Of a stretch of 64,000 nt of DNA, positions 25,585 through 38,292 are shown one piece after another. The stretch is taken from assembly GCA_964106915.2 (NCBI GenBank), contig OZ066916.1. One strand, 5' to 3'. The DNA comes from Podarcis gaigeae (Eukaryota). Every line of letters begins with the position of its first letter. Position 1 is the first letter of the stretch. Below the pieces are notes generated by a model. The model made no database searches. It was given only the letters and a program-made list of their open reading frames with translations, and was not told the DNA's origin. The position numbers and the translations under genes were made by a program.

Positions 25585-28500
25585 GTCCCAGTATAGATCT
25601 CCAAATCATTCTTACATTTATATGCAGTTTCTCTTATCAATACTCATGTGCACCGGTCACCTGATTTAAACAATGGACTTCCCAGATTTCTAAAGATAAG
25701 ACTGTTGATCTTATTGTGGTTAATGTCCAGACTGCAGTCCTAATCTAGAAGGATGCTGAATCAGTACTCTGGGTGATATTATCAGTTGAGTGGTTTAAGT
25801 ACTGTCATGTTTGATTCTAGCAGATTGTCACAGCAACCAAATTAACTATGACATTTTACTATGAGCTCATCTGTAATAAGCCAGAATAACGACAGTGATG
25901 AGAACTGCAAAGCAAAGAAAGGGCAAAGGGCAAAGCAAGGAAAAAGGAAAACTCTGGTATGAAAGTTTGCTTTTAATCTAAAGAATGAATGCTTCCTCTT
26001 GGCTTTGTTAACCGCTATAAACTAGATTAAAGAGGGGAGGGGAGAGCAGTCTCCCTCAGACTTAGTTAACCTTGTTCCAAAGCAAAATGGTGTTTTGTGG
26101 GGCGGGGGGGGGGGGGAGAGAAGAGATGGAGTGTTATGTTTGAAGCTAAATTTCATTGGTGGCCAAATTATTCATGCTGCTTGCAAATAATTTCCCTGAG
26201 AGAAGTAGGGCAGGAAACTCCCACAACAACATTCACAATGGGAGTGAGAAACCAGCCAAACAGTGCTTGTGACATGTGACAAGCCAGACCAATGTGCCTC
26301 TGAGCAGCTGAAGGAATGTTTCCTGGCAATTGTTCTCAGAGAAACGAAAGCCTCCTTTCAGAAGAATGTAGAGCTTGTTGCTGCGAGTTAATGCTGTTTG
26401 TCATGACCCAAACACATTTGTAGATGGTGATGGGCTGTGTACCTTGTGCCAAACCGGTCTTTCTGCCTGTATATTTTCAGACACCAAATCTGCTTTTGTG
26501 TGTACCTCCCTCAGCTTTAGAATCTACTGTTTACTGGGCTCTCTTTTTTTACACGCTTCCTGGTGATCTTGGTGTATTAACAGATAGTTCAGTGTTCCCC
26601 AACCTAGCCCTTTCTAGATGTTTTGGAGCAAGAAGGCTGCTGAGGTTTTACCCATTCCTTTTTCATCTCTCGTCTTCAGGCAATCTTTGCCAAAAAGAAG
26701 CTCACTTCCGTAATCTGGAGGTAGGTCTCAGCTGGCCAAGAAAATTCCAAAGTGGTGCTCTGCCCTTTGATTTCAAGCAGGGAGACTGAACAAGGTCAGG
26801 CAGTACTAGTTCTGTCACTAGAATGGGTCAATGCAGTCCAGACTCTGCTCTCATGCAAACCACAATTAACTCTGCCAGTCATTGGATACATTGCCCATCA
26901 TCACTGGAGGGACAGAGGGCAGAAGTGAGTAACCTCCCAACCCCAGGCCTCAAGCCTCCATCAGCTCTTGAGCTCTGGTGGAGAGTGCATGGCTCCACCT
27001 AGAGATCCTTGCTTGGGTCAGGCATCTGGCGCCTCAAGAACCAAAGGTTTTACAGAAAGAGGAAAAAATGCACAGTTCCAGGTGTGAGTAACTAGATCTA
27101 GATGTTACTGCACTCTTCACATTACTGTAGTTCTCTCTCAGTGTCCCATGTAAGTGGTGGCACGTAATTCTGCCAGAGGTGGAACAGAAGCATGGGCAAA
27201 AAGCACTTAACGTCTTCCTGTTCTCTGAGTCATACAGTACTTGCCCAGTCTGAGCATAGAGAATTGCCATGGATTGCCAGCAGCCCCCTCAGTGATGGGA
27301 GAATAGAAGGCCTTCAGGTGCAACTGTGGGTGATATTTCCCACTGCTCATCTTTCTATGGGTGCTTCATATTTATCTTCTCAGAGTGGGCTCAGCTTTGC
27401 TACAAATACTTTCTGAGGTATGCGAGTTCCTTTATCTCAGTTTTGGTTCTCATAAAGCAGTTCTTGGAGGTGAAATTGTAATGGAGGATGTTTGGAATTA
27501 CAAAGTGGGTTGTAAACTGCTTCCTTTTATTCAACTTCAGTCCAATTTTCTCAACACAGTCTCTTGGGACAATTTCTTTTGTAAGGCCCAGAGCTTCCAG
27601 GATATCTTTCTGAACCTGAATGAGAGATGGAGATCTTTGTCGGCCTCCACTCAACTCAAGAATGATAGAACATATTGATCTTCCTCTATTGGTGTGCCTG
27701 ATATCTGCTTTGGACCTAGTTTTTCTTCAGTATTTGGTCAATTCCTATAAGGCCTCCCTAGTTGTTGCTTTTAAAAAATATTGGCTCTTCCAACTTTTCA
27801 TACATGGCTTGAAGGAGACAGCCTATTGTCATGCCAGTGAAGGGGTTTTCCCCTATGTTTTCTGTTTTGGACTAGAGACTTATAGATGCAATATAGATAC
27901 CATACTAGAAGCCAGGTTCTGTTATCTTACTCATGATCAAGGATGCTGTGAACTGATGGGTCCTGCTTCCACTGTAAAGTAAGCACAATCAACATGGCTA
28001 CCTCTCTGTTGCCTACATAGGGGGGAACAAAACAAAACAAAGGCAGTGCCATGTTTGTAACTGCTGAGAAAGTTTTAACCTGCTGAAAGAGCCATTGCTA
28101 TGGAGACCTAATGACAAGATAATTGAATGGAACCTCTCTGCTTTCCATGCTTCTCACACTGATGCTAGCAGGGTCAGAGCCCCTCAGACTTGCATTTCCC
28201 TTCAGGTCCATGCAAATCTTTATTGGACTAAAGACCCATTTTCCTCACAATGTCATCCCCCCTTAAATAAATTATCTTGAAGTCAGTCAGCTCCTCTCAT
28301 AAAGGTGTCAGTTTTCACAGTAGTTTAGTCACTGGGCATTGTGTAAAGCAGGCAGATAAACAAACCACCTTCAAAGGAAGCAAGCAAAAGGCTTTTGTAT
28401 TGGTGCATTTTGTGCTCCAAATATAAGCAATAACTTTATACCAGGCTATCTGTTCCATTTGGTTTGTAAATAGATGCTGGGAAGGGAGGAGAGAGCATAA

Positions 28501-28920
28501 TTTTATGGGCAGTTTTTAGTAGCTGTCTAATTTTTAGGACCACATTATGCACCTGTGCTATTTGCATTCAATAAATGAGATCTGGGTATATTTTAGAGCA
28601 CATCTGTATTTATGATTCTTAATAGCAAAATAAAAACCAATCAGGATAATCTTATTCTCAGTTTCTCTTCGTGTTGCTGGGGGGAGGGGGGACCAATGAC
28701 CTTTCCGATCTAAACAGCATGTTCATAAAAGCTGCACACATGGTGGTGTTTGTTTCCATTTACTGTTCTGCATATTGCAGAAGCACAAGGCTATTTTATA
28801 TTTCAGGTCACAAATGGACTCCGTGCCTTATAAAGTCAGCCACTGTGTATGCAAAATAAACCCCACAGATGCCTGACACAGACTAGAATGAGGACAGGCT
28901 GATGAAATTAAAGCTTTTTT

Positions 28921-29172
28921 GAGAGCCAGTTTGGTGTAGTGGTTAAGAGCGGTAGTATTGTAATCTGGGGAACCGGGTTCACGTCTCCGCTCCTCCACAT
29001 GCAGCTGCTGGGTGACCTTGGGCCAGTCACACTTCTCTGAAGTCTCTCAGCCCCACTCACCTCACAGAGTGTTTGTTGTGGGGGAGGAAGGGAAAGGAGA
29101 TTGTTAGCCGCTTTGAGACTCCTTCGGGAAGTGATAAAGCGGGATATCAAATCCAAACTCTTCTTCTTCTTC
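28921..29172 (+). mobile_element. Full-length tRNA-derived SINE, Squam3-like, with (TTC)n tail
   Basis: Pol III box A TGGTGTAGTGG and box B-like GGTTCACGTCT, MIR-like core gggtgaccttgggccagtcac, L2-like tail; second copy at 43209. Confidence 0.85.
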
Positions 29173-32100
29173 AAACTCTTCTTTACTAACTCACTGGAAG
29201 GAGAGCCAGAAAACAGTGTTTACACCGAAAGTAGCTTTCCCTTTTATCTGTGTGCAATGCACTCAGTCTGTAGAGTGCACCCCACTGCCAGGAGCACCAG
29301 ACTTTTGAAAAGGAAGTTATGAAGATTGGAAATGGGTCACTATAGCAGTGAGGTGTGTGGCATCCACCACCGCAACCCAATGGAGGATCATTTTGGGCCT
29401 GCTATCAAAACAGTATTCTTTTTTCTTCTTATTTGTCAAAATAGTTTCAAAAGCAATCCAAAAAGTCACTTAGGAGTATCCAGAAGAATAGGGATGGAAG
29501 GAAGGATGCATGGGTAGGTAGGTAGATGAAAATCATACATATTGTTCATACTGGAGTGTTGCACATTCTCGGTGCTTATGCACCAGAACCGTTGACTAAC
29601 ATCCAATCTATTTTCTCATTCAGTTTGACCATTTGTTGGACCATAACTAGACAAGACCAGCTTTGCTGGAGTGTACTCTGTGGTCTAAAAGTGAGGCTTT
29701 GCAAAAAAAAATAAAAATAAAAAAAATCTGGTTATATCCCAGAATGTTTACCATTTCCAAGGAACCTGTTACATCTTTCTTTCAACATCTCCTCTTTCAC
29801 TTATCAAGTTTTGGGGCATGGACCTAGAAATAACGTTGACATTAAAGCATGAGATTAAAGTTATGAACATTTTTAATGGATTTAATTTCACACCAGAACT
29901 AGAATCTGGTAGTAAGCAGATCTCCTTATCGTGGTCTGTAATTGGCCATCTATTCTATGTCTTTCTTCCTTACATGAGTCAGTATCTGTAGAGCCCTTTT
30001 ACTATGTGCGTCGGAGTGCATTTCATTGGGAAGTCTGCTAATGAAGCTGTACATCAGAGCATAGCAAAACCAAAGGGCCAGAGCCATGGAGTAATGGCAT
30101 TTGGCTGCTTTTCAGACATGCAGTGCTGAAACTTCTGCCAAGTGTCACTGCATCATTAAGTTTCAGAGCGAGTTGTCAGTCCATGAATGGAAGAACACAA
30201 ATTATGTCTGGTGTGTGTTCATAGAGAAACTGAAGGTTCAACACAGTCAGAGCAGCATAATTGTCAAATCAAACAATAAGGCCATTTTCAAATGCCATAA
30301 ATTCTTCATCCCACATATTTAAGGAAAGTAATAATTAATCATTCACACCTTGGGCAAGACTTGAAGGCAAAATACTTTATAGAATGCAAAGTCAAAGGTC
30401 CTTTTTTACCCTCCAGCAAACATTGCTGTATACAAGTGTGAAAAGGAATGGGAGAAATATACAACTGGTACATGCCTTCTAGATAGGAAAATTCATATTT
30501 TGCTTTCTAGCAGCTACTAGTGGGCTTTTTAGAAACAATGAAGGCAGCTGGTATATTGTAGTAGCTAAGACTTTGAGCTGTTAACCCAAAAGTCCCTTTA
30601 GGCAGCTATGATCATTTTCCCCCATCCATAAGCACCAACTTGAGCAGAAGATTGGGAAGGCTGATGATGCACACGTGATGTCAAAAGGAGCCAGAGGCGC
30701 AGCTGAACATGGTGGTGGCACAGTTTCAGTGGTCCTTCTCCCAATGCTTTGCCTCCTCCTCCGACACTGGTCCAGGGCTCCTTCCTCCTACCTTTCTCCT
30801 GTGTGGCAAGAAGCTGCATGTGACAAAACATGTGGTCTGGGCTCTGCCCCCAGAAGAATTTTTTTTGGGGGTGCAATGGACCAGAGCCCCCTAGAGTTGG
30901 CACCTATGAAATCCGCCCCTGATTGTCCTTAACATGGGGGGGGGGTATATTTTCTTGGAGGGACTGAAAGAATCTGGGTCCCTTAGAGCTGGTACCTGTG
31001 CTCACACCCCAATCTTCAATATGGACATTATAATAAAAACATACTTATAGGTTGTTATAAGTGCATCTGATAATTATATATCTGGTATGGTGTATGAGAA
31101 ATGTTCTCACTTTAAACAGTAACCAGTATTCAGAGATGTACTGAACGTGGAGGTTCTATTTATCTGCTATGGGTGTTAATAGGCTTAACTTCCATAGAAT
31201 GGTTTTAAGCATTTTTTTTAAAAAAGGCCACTTAAGGTTGAGCATAAAATTTACATGCAGTTAAATTCTGCCTCTCATGAAACTCTTGAAATCAGGCCAT
31301 GATCAGTGGTCAAGGATGATAGGAGCTGGAAACCAACAACACCTGAAGAGCTACAGATTCTCCATCCCTACTTTAAATGGTTAAAAGCCAATATATTTTC
31401 TAGCTGCTGAACAAACTTCTGTCTGCTTTCTGTGCGCTTTCCCAGACTTCCACCCCCCATTGTATCAAAAGGGCAATGAATCCCCATATTAATATATAAG
31501 TTGTATATTCTAAATCATAGTACACTTTTAGTGACAGAAGTATCCTGTTTTCCGTACTTTGCAGTATTATGGGATAAAAATTCAGTATAATTCCTGCAAA
31601 GTGTTCTAATACCAATTTTTTTTTTTAGGATAGTGGGGATTCCTATAGCTGTTGTGTAGTTGCTGTAGTGAAGTTCAAGTAGCATGATGCTTTGTGGCTG
31701 TCTCTTCCTTTCCTGTTTCTCCTGTCTGTGGCACCATTTTTATTGTTTTAAGAGCCTGTTTATGTGGTTGTGAATGCACCTGCATAACCTGAAAAGCTGG
31801 AAGTTAAGGTTTTTATATTACTGATAGTGACCCTGAAGAGCGGAGTGGGGTGCCAGGTGAGATGCATTCTCTAGGGTGATGTCTGTACATCTCTCATGAT
31901 CAAAAGTACAAGAACCCCAGAAAGGAGCAGTCTGGGATGTAGGGTGAAAGCACAAACTTGTTGATGTGGAACAACATTTGCAGGACCAGATAGGAAATTA
32001 AAGTACATGAATGTTCACAAAACCCCTGAGTTTTATAAATATACCACATCACACTCCTAAATATATATATATTTGTGCTCCAAGGGCCTATCTAAAGGCT

Positions 32101-32593
32101 GCTATATATTTTCTTCTGTGCCTGTTTGTTTGAGCTCCTTCCTAACAATCAAGCACTTGGCTGCTAGTGCTGTGAACCCACCCAAGCCATTAATTTTCCT
32201 TTTACAAGCTGTCCCGTGTGTAAACTGCACCAGTAAGGAAACTAGCAATGGCCCCCTTCCAGCATGCACCTGGTGCAGCCCAGATCTGGAATTTGGTTGC
32301 ATCAGTTGGCTGGCTGGCTCGGATTAAATTTCTAATCAGACTGAAGAAGAAAGATGATTTGCCATATCCGAAACACTGCTGTTACTGCCTTTGCTTGGGT
32401 GAATTTACTGAATCAAAATTAAACTTCATGCTATCGTTTCCCCTTTCATGATGTCCCTGCAAATTGATGATTATGTTTTTCATGCTTATAAACTGTTGGC
32501 CTCTAATCACTTGGATCACTTACAGTGTGCACTGGTCTAAAACAAAATACAGTTTGGTTTCTTCTCGGAGCTTTTGTTGATCAAAAACACTGC

Positions 32594-32626
32594 AGTGCCC
32601 TCTACTGCTAATCCTAGAAAGTGCAG
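32594..32626 (-). promoter_or_regulatory. Candidate CTCF site with upstream motif
   Basis: Minus strand CTGCACT-TTCTAGGAT-TAGCAGTAGAGGGCACT; core resembles CCAGYAGAGGGCRC. Confidence 0.5.
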
Positions 32627-33700
32627 ATCAGATGGGTTTGCAAAGTCAAACTCTGAGTGTGTAGTTAAGCTTTGAAGCACACTCAAAGTAAAATGTTCAT
32701 CTTGTTTTCTGAAGATCTATCTATCTATCTATCTACCTACCTACCTATCTATCATCTATCATCTTTCTCTTTGGAATAGAGACTTCAAATCCTTGTTTTT
32801 CTCCAAGCTTGGTAGCAATAATAAACTTAAATTGAAGAAAGTAATTATTAATAGTATCATTACCATTATTTATATTTCTAATTTTAATGCTGTTTATTTT
32901 CATATATTGTAAACTGCCAGCCCACAAAAAGTGATGATTTTTTGCATTAAAGAATGCTACAGTTTGCCGCAGTAGTTGAAGGGCAGCGTTAGATGCACAG
33001 CATAGAATATATTACCACTTGGTAGAAGCGTTGTATTAATTTTCTATGTTGACAGCCTGGGGGGGGGGAGGGGGAGAGGAGAGGACATTCTTTGGCACAT
33101 TTCCCCCTTTGACCCTGTAACTTTAACTCTTTTGTTCTCCATACATATTTTTCTGCATCAGTCACAAGAAGCTCGTTTCAGAGCATTCAGGCTGGAGCTG
33201 AGCTAATGCCATTGTTTAAGTGTAGCTGGTGCTGAGATACAGTTTCTCTTGCTGGCTTCAGTGTGCATTCATAAGAAAAGGAGCAGGGAGGGGGCATTTG
33301 ATGCTTCAGATCCTGACTTACTGTGAGCCAGATAACCAGGGCTGGTGTTACCATGAGGCAGAGTGAGGCGACTGCCCCAGACAGCAAATGCTGTGTGTCC
33401 TTGCCCTCCCCCAGCTGCCCCCCTCCCCATTTCCCTCTGTTGGAAGACAGAGCTCTGTGTGCTGTGCAGCCTGTCCTGTGTCCCCTAAGTTAGCCTTCTG
33501 CCCTCAAGGTACAGTGGTGGAGGACACTGGCCTGTTGCCAGTGTGGAAGTAAGATTCAACTGTCGGTTGGGTCAGTACATGGAAGGGCAGGGGCAGATGT
33601 TGCATTTTGGTCCTTCGTTTGAGGCAGCCAGCCCTGCAGACAACTCCCAAGAAACGTCAGACGTTTGCAACAATCATTCTGTTTCTGTTTTGTGTTTTAG

Positions 33701-33741
33701 GTTCTCTCTTCATAAATCAAGTTCTGAAGAAAGTGCTGTCG
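33701..33741 (+). CDS. SASH1: SASH1 coding exon (~exon 5), (K)FSLHKSSSEESAV(G)
   Basis: tgtgttttag acceptor, G|gtcagt donor, 41 nt, phase 2/1 fits neighbours; human NPLHKSNSEDSSVG. Confidence 0.9.
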
Positions 33742-34624
33742 GTCAGTATACTTCACCTTTATTTGGTCCTTTCTCCACCCCTTCCCCATGCCTTGCTTTT
33801 TGCATACCATCAGCAGTGTTGATCTACCTTGCTGTTTCAACTCTGTTGCAGTAATGTCACATGTTTTGCTACCTGCTTGTGGGGGGAAAGGGGGAGGTTT
33901 TTCAACTTCCTTCTCATTTTTGAGGATTATTCCTTTAGAATAATACTTCCTTATGCATTTTATAAGTGTTATACAGGTAGACAGAGGCGTGGGATAGTTT
34001 TTGTTAATCACTGAAGTCATTTTGTCCAGAAGAGGAGCACAACCACTCTTTTCCTCCTCCCTTAAAGAAAACAAATGTATTGGAATCTTCTGGTACAATT
34101 TATTTAATTCACTTGCATCTCAGTGTTTGCTTTAAATAGGGATAACTGTTATTTATCATTTATTTATAGATCTCATTTTTGCACTCAAGTGCAAAATAAA
34201 ATAACTAGGAAGCCTGCTTGATGTAGAAATATGACTAATGGTCATGCACCACTTTTAGATTACACAAACAAATTGAAATTGCATTTTCATATTAACTTTT
34301 AGGTAGCTTTTAACTTTGAAGGTTTTTTAGGTGAACTAAAAATAAAAGTTCAGTATGATCTATATTGTTAGTTAAAATGAACATAAAAAATGTGTGTTCA
34401 TTTTCACCTAGCATAGTATTTTTTGGTTGCTTGTTGCAAATGGTCTACAGCCTTCATTTTCCTAAATAATGATTGCTTGCGACAGCTATTTATGGCATTC
34501 TTTCCAAGTATGAATTAAAATTAAAAACAACGCCCAAAAATAACTGAAACAGGATGAGGGAATGGGTTTCCTTTGAAAATGTATACATATTTAAACCTAT
34601 AATGTATATTGTGTTCCCCTTTAG

Positions 34625-34711
34625 GTAAAGCAGATTGGAAAAAGAAGAATAGGTATTTCTGGCAAAACTTCAGAAAGAATCAGAAGGGACTAATGAGGCA
34701 GTCTTCAAAAG
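34625..34711 (+). CDS. SASH1: SASH1 coding exon (~exon 6), (G)[28 protein letters not shown](G)
   Basis: ttcccctttag acceptor, G|gtacag donor, 87 nt, phase 1/1; human [28 protein letters not shown]. Confidence 0.95.
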
Positions 34712-34855
34712 GTACAGCTTTTTTAGCATTGCTGTGTTTTAATATTTGTTACATTTAGTTCTGAGAATAGTTTATATAGTTAATTGGGCCTTCAGCGGGA
34801 TTAACATACTAAACTGCAATAATTTAAGAAGGGTAGTCTTAATTTTTTGACAGTA

Positions 34856-35802
34856 CAGTGGTGCCTCGCAAGACGAAATTAATTCGTTCCGCAAGTCTTT
34901 TCGTCTTGCGAGTTTTTCGTCTTGCGAACCACGGTTTCCCATAGGAATGCATTAAAAATCAATTAATGCGTTCCTATGGAAACCGCCTTCAGACCAGGTC
35001 CGGGGACAGTCTGTCCCCCGACCTCTTCTGAAGGCCGGCAGGGGGCGAAAGTCTTTGCTCCCCCCCCCCCCCCGCCTGCCTTCCCGGGACAGCGGAGACT
35101 TCTCCGCTGTCCCGGGGCGATCTTAAAATTCTGGCGGGCGGCAGCGAAGGGTTCGCTGCCATCCCCCAGTATTTTAAAAGCCCCCGGGACAGCGGAGACT
35201 TCTCCGCTGTCCCGGGGCGATCTTAAAATGCTGGCGGGCGGCAGCGAAGGGTTCGCTGCCATCCCCCAGCATTTTAAAAGCCCCCGGGACAGCGGAGGAC
35301 TTCTCTGCTGTCCGGGGCGATTTTAAAATGCTGGCGGGCGGCAGCGCTGCCGCCCGCCAGCATTTTAAAATCGCCCCGGGACAGCGGAGGAATTCTGCCT
35401 TCAAAAGCCGTCCGGGGGCTTTTAAATCACCCCTGGACAGCCCGGGGCGATTTAAAAGCCCCCGGGAAGGCAGGCAGGGGGGACATAGACTTTTGCCCCC
35501 CGCCCGCCTTCAGAAGAGGTCCTGCTATCCCGGACTGCTTTTAAAATGCTGGCAGTGGGGAGCAAAGCCTTTCGGCCCCCGCCAGCCTTCCTGGACCTCT
35601 TCTGAAGGCCGGATGGGGGGGAAAGGCTTTGCTCCCCACCGCTAGCATTTAAAAGAGGTCCCCGGAGATTTCCCTATGGGCTTTCATCTTGCGAAGCAAG
35701 CCCATAGGGAAATTCGTTTTGCGAAGCGCCTCCAAAACGGAAAACCCTTTCGTCTAGTGGGTTTTTCGTCTTGTGAGGCGTTCGTCTTGCGGGGCACCAC
35801 TG
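34856..35802. mobile_element. Tigger-like (Tc1/mariner) non-autonomous element with internal GC-rich tandem palindromic repeats
   Basis: TA target duplication on both sides; TIR CAGTGGTGCCTCGCAAGACGAA / TTCGTCTTGCGGGGCACCACTG; 100-bp internal units at about 35083, 35183, 35283. Confidence 0.9.
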
Positions 35803-36030
35803 TACTCTTTTGTTCAATTAATTCCACTAGGTTAGAAAGGCAGGTTACATACTGCTGCCTGTCAGACCCTGTCCAATTTAACAGAAGCTGCTTTATCTCT
35901 GAGAACTATTCCATACCAAACTAAAGTTCAGCAATAGATGAAGCTGTTTCATAGTGTGATTGCTCTGTTCTTAGAGCAAAACTTTATTCATTAAGGAATA
36001 CAAAAGCAGCCTCCTCCTGATCATCAACTT

Positions 36031-36033
<3 letters not shown>

Positions 36034-36064
<31 letters not shown>
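36034..36064. repeat. (TG)n microsatellite
   Basis: Direct observation. Confidence 0.95.
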
Positions 36065-36070
<6 letters not shown>

Positions 36071-37131
36071 CACCCGCAGCCTTCCCACTGCTCCCCGGGG
36101 CTGACGGTGAGGGAAGCTCGGCTTTCCCCACCACCAGCCCCACAAGCTCGGGGAGCAGCCTTTCCGCTGCTCCCTGACTTGCTCTTTGGGGAAAGCCAGC
36201 CCTATCAGATATTTCACAGCATACTCTTAATCCCAATTTGTGCTACTGGACTGGTTCAGTATAAGAGTTGTCCATCTGCCAAAGTCTGCCAGGCTCTTCT
36301 GAAGGTACAGTAGTTGAGAAGCTTCTCGGGTGGTGTTCCTACCAGAAACAGCAAGTATAGGACCCCAAAATTGGGCAGGTCAAGTGTGGAGCAGAGCTAA
36401 TCATGGACCTGATAGATTCAAAGCTGCTCAGTCACCCCCTTGTACAGTTGTATTCACAAAAATACATTATGCAATCATTAAAATATCACTTAAATATTTT
36501 AAAATATTAAGTAGATTATAAATGCTTTTAAATAAATGAATGAAACCACAGTTTAATACAGCACCATCAAAGTCCAGTCATTCTGCACCCTAAGCATAAA
36601 ATATAGGACAAATACCATCTTATTCCATCCGTATTTGTTATATTACCCCATCAAAGAGAAATGTTTCCTAAGATGATAAATGATAGGTTGAAAATATGGC
36701 AGATTTGTACAAAGGATGGTAGGAATCGGTTTGCAATGCAGAAAATCTCTTGACCCAACATACCAGGCTTTGGATTAGCATTTCCTTTGCTGCTCTGTCA
36801 TTGTCTGTAATGATTTCCAAGTATAATAAATATATTCTAGGACATGCCTTCTTTCTAAGCTCTATTGATTTGAGGAAGCAAAATAGGTCACTAGAGAGGA
36901 ATATTTTAGCATTGCTCCTATCATCAAGCTGTGGGGTAAAACTGGCAACGGCTCTCCTGGCATGGCTGCTGTCCTTGGTCTCTGACAGTGTTAAGATCAA
37001 CATATTTCACAAACCCAAATAAAAATGTTGCCATGTATCTCAGAATTTTGAAGGAGGGAGTTAAGTAGCCCAAATAGCTTGACTAACATAGGAACCAGAT
37101 TTCTGAGGTCAGTAGCCTGGGAAGATCATGA

Positions 37132-37383
<252 letters not shown>

Positions 37384-37535
37384 TGAAACACTAGAACCTT
37401 GTAAATAGGTTGCCATAATTTCTGAGAACAATGCTAGGTGACTTTGTGGATTGGGATAGAAGCAGGGGTTGCTTATACATTAGCATCCTGTCTGACCAGG
37501 CCCAAAGATTCCGTATGAAAGCAGTTCTGTGAATA

Positions 37536-37626
37536 ACAGCACGATCCTATACATTTCTACTCAGGTGTAAGCCCCATTAAGTTCACTGGGCTTACTCTGA
37601 GATAACTGGTTATAGGATTGTACCGT
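37536..37626. repeat. Short (~90 bp) hairpin-type dispersed repeat (MITE-like)
   Basis: acagcacgatcctata...ctactcag.tgtaagccccatt...tgggcttactctgag...tataggattgtaccgt; decayed relatives near 2492, 4533, 16572, 39085, 40128, 42037. Confidence 0.65.
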
Positions 37627-37977
37627 AAGTGGTTTTAAAAGGTTTGAGAATACAGTTCCATTGTATGGTGCTAACCTGAACAATCATGTGGTAAGTGTAT
37701 GCATATATGGGTGAGTAAGTGAATTGCATTATAGCTTAACTAAGCATTAAAGCTCAGCCACACACTGATAAGATTGTCGACTCTGCAGTTAAGACTTAAT
37801 GAGACTATGCTTTGAAGCTAACAATTCAGTTCACACATAACTTACTCTCTATTAGCCTTCAGAGGGCTGATTTCTCGCTTTTGTCACTAGAGTACTGTAC
37901 TAAACAACATATTTAAATATAACAGAGCTGAGTAGTATGTATTTGTGTCTGGGTTTTTTCCTGAACTTTCCAGAGCT

Positions 37978-38010
37978 TCTATCTATCTATCATCTATCTA
38001 TCTATCATCC

Positions 38011-38044
<34 letters not shown>
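37978..38044. repeat. (ATCT)n microsatellite
   Basis: Direct observation; a similar compound run lies at 32715-32765. Confidence 0.95.
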
Positions 38045-38190
38045 TTGTATGTATGTATTATCACAACAATATGTGATAATATGAGCAAACCAGAAAGCAG
38101 AATAATGGGGGGAGGGGGTTGAGAAAATGGAATAGGTTAAACTACATGCTTTAGCAAGGTAGAAAACCTTTGGTCTTATTTTCATTTCAG

Positions 38191-38292
38191 CTTAAGGAAT
38201 ATGAGGCCCAACATCGGCAGTCAGGTAGCATGGACTCTGCTGAATGGCCTGATAGTCCTTACCCATCTTTTGACGGTTCCTCCAATTGTAAT
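38191..38292 (+). CDS. SASH1: SASH1 coding exon (~exon 8), [34 protein letters not shown]
   Basis: ttcatttcag acceptor, AAT|gtgagt donor, 102 nt, phase 0/0; seen in ORF 38170..38538. Confidence 0.96.

Noticed and set aside
28921-28995. tRNA gene
   Set aside because: tRNA-like head of a SINE; no complete cloverleaf
34963-35924. Cluster of Pro/Ala/Gly-rich ORFs and CRISPR-like palindromic repeats
   Set aside because: ORFs arise from GC-rich MITE repeats; units are contiguous with no unique spacers, and the DNA is eukaryotic with no cas genes
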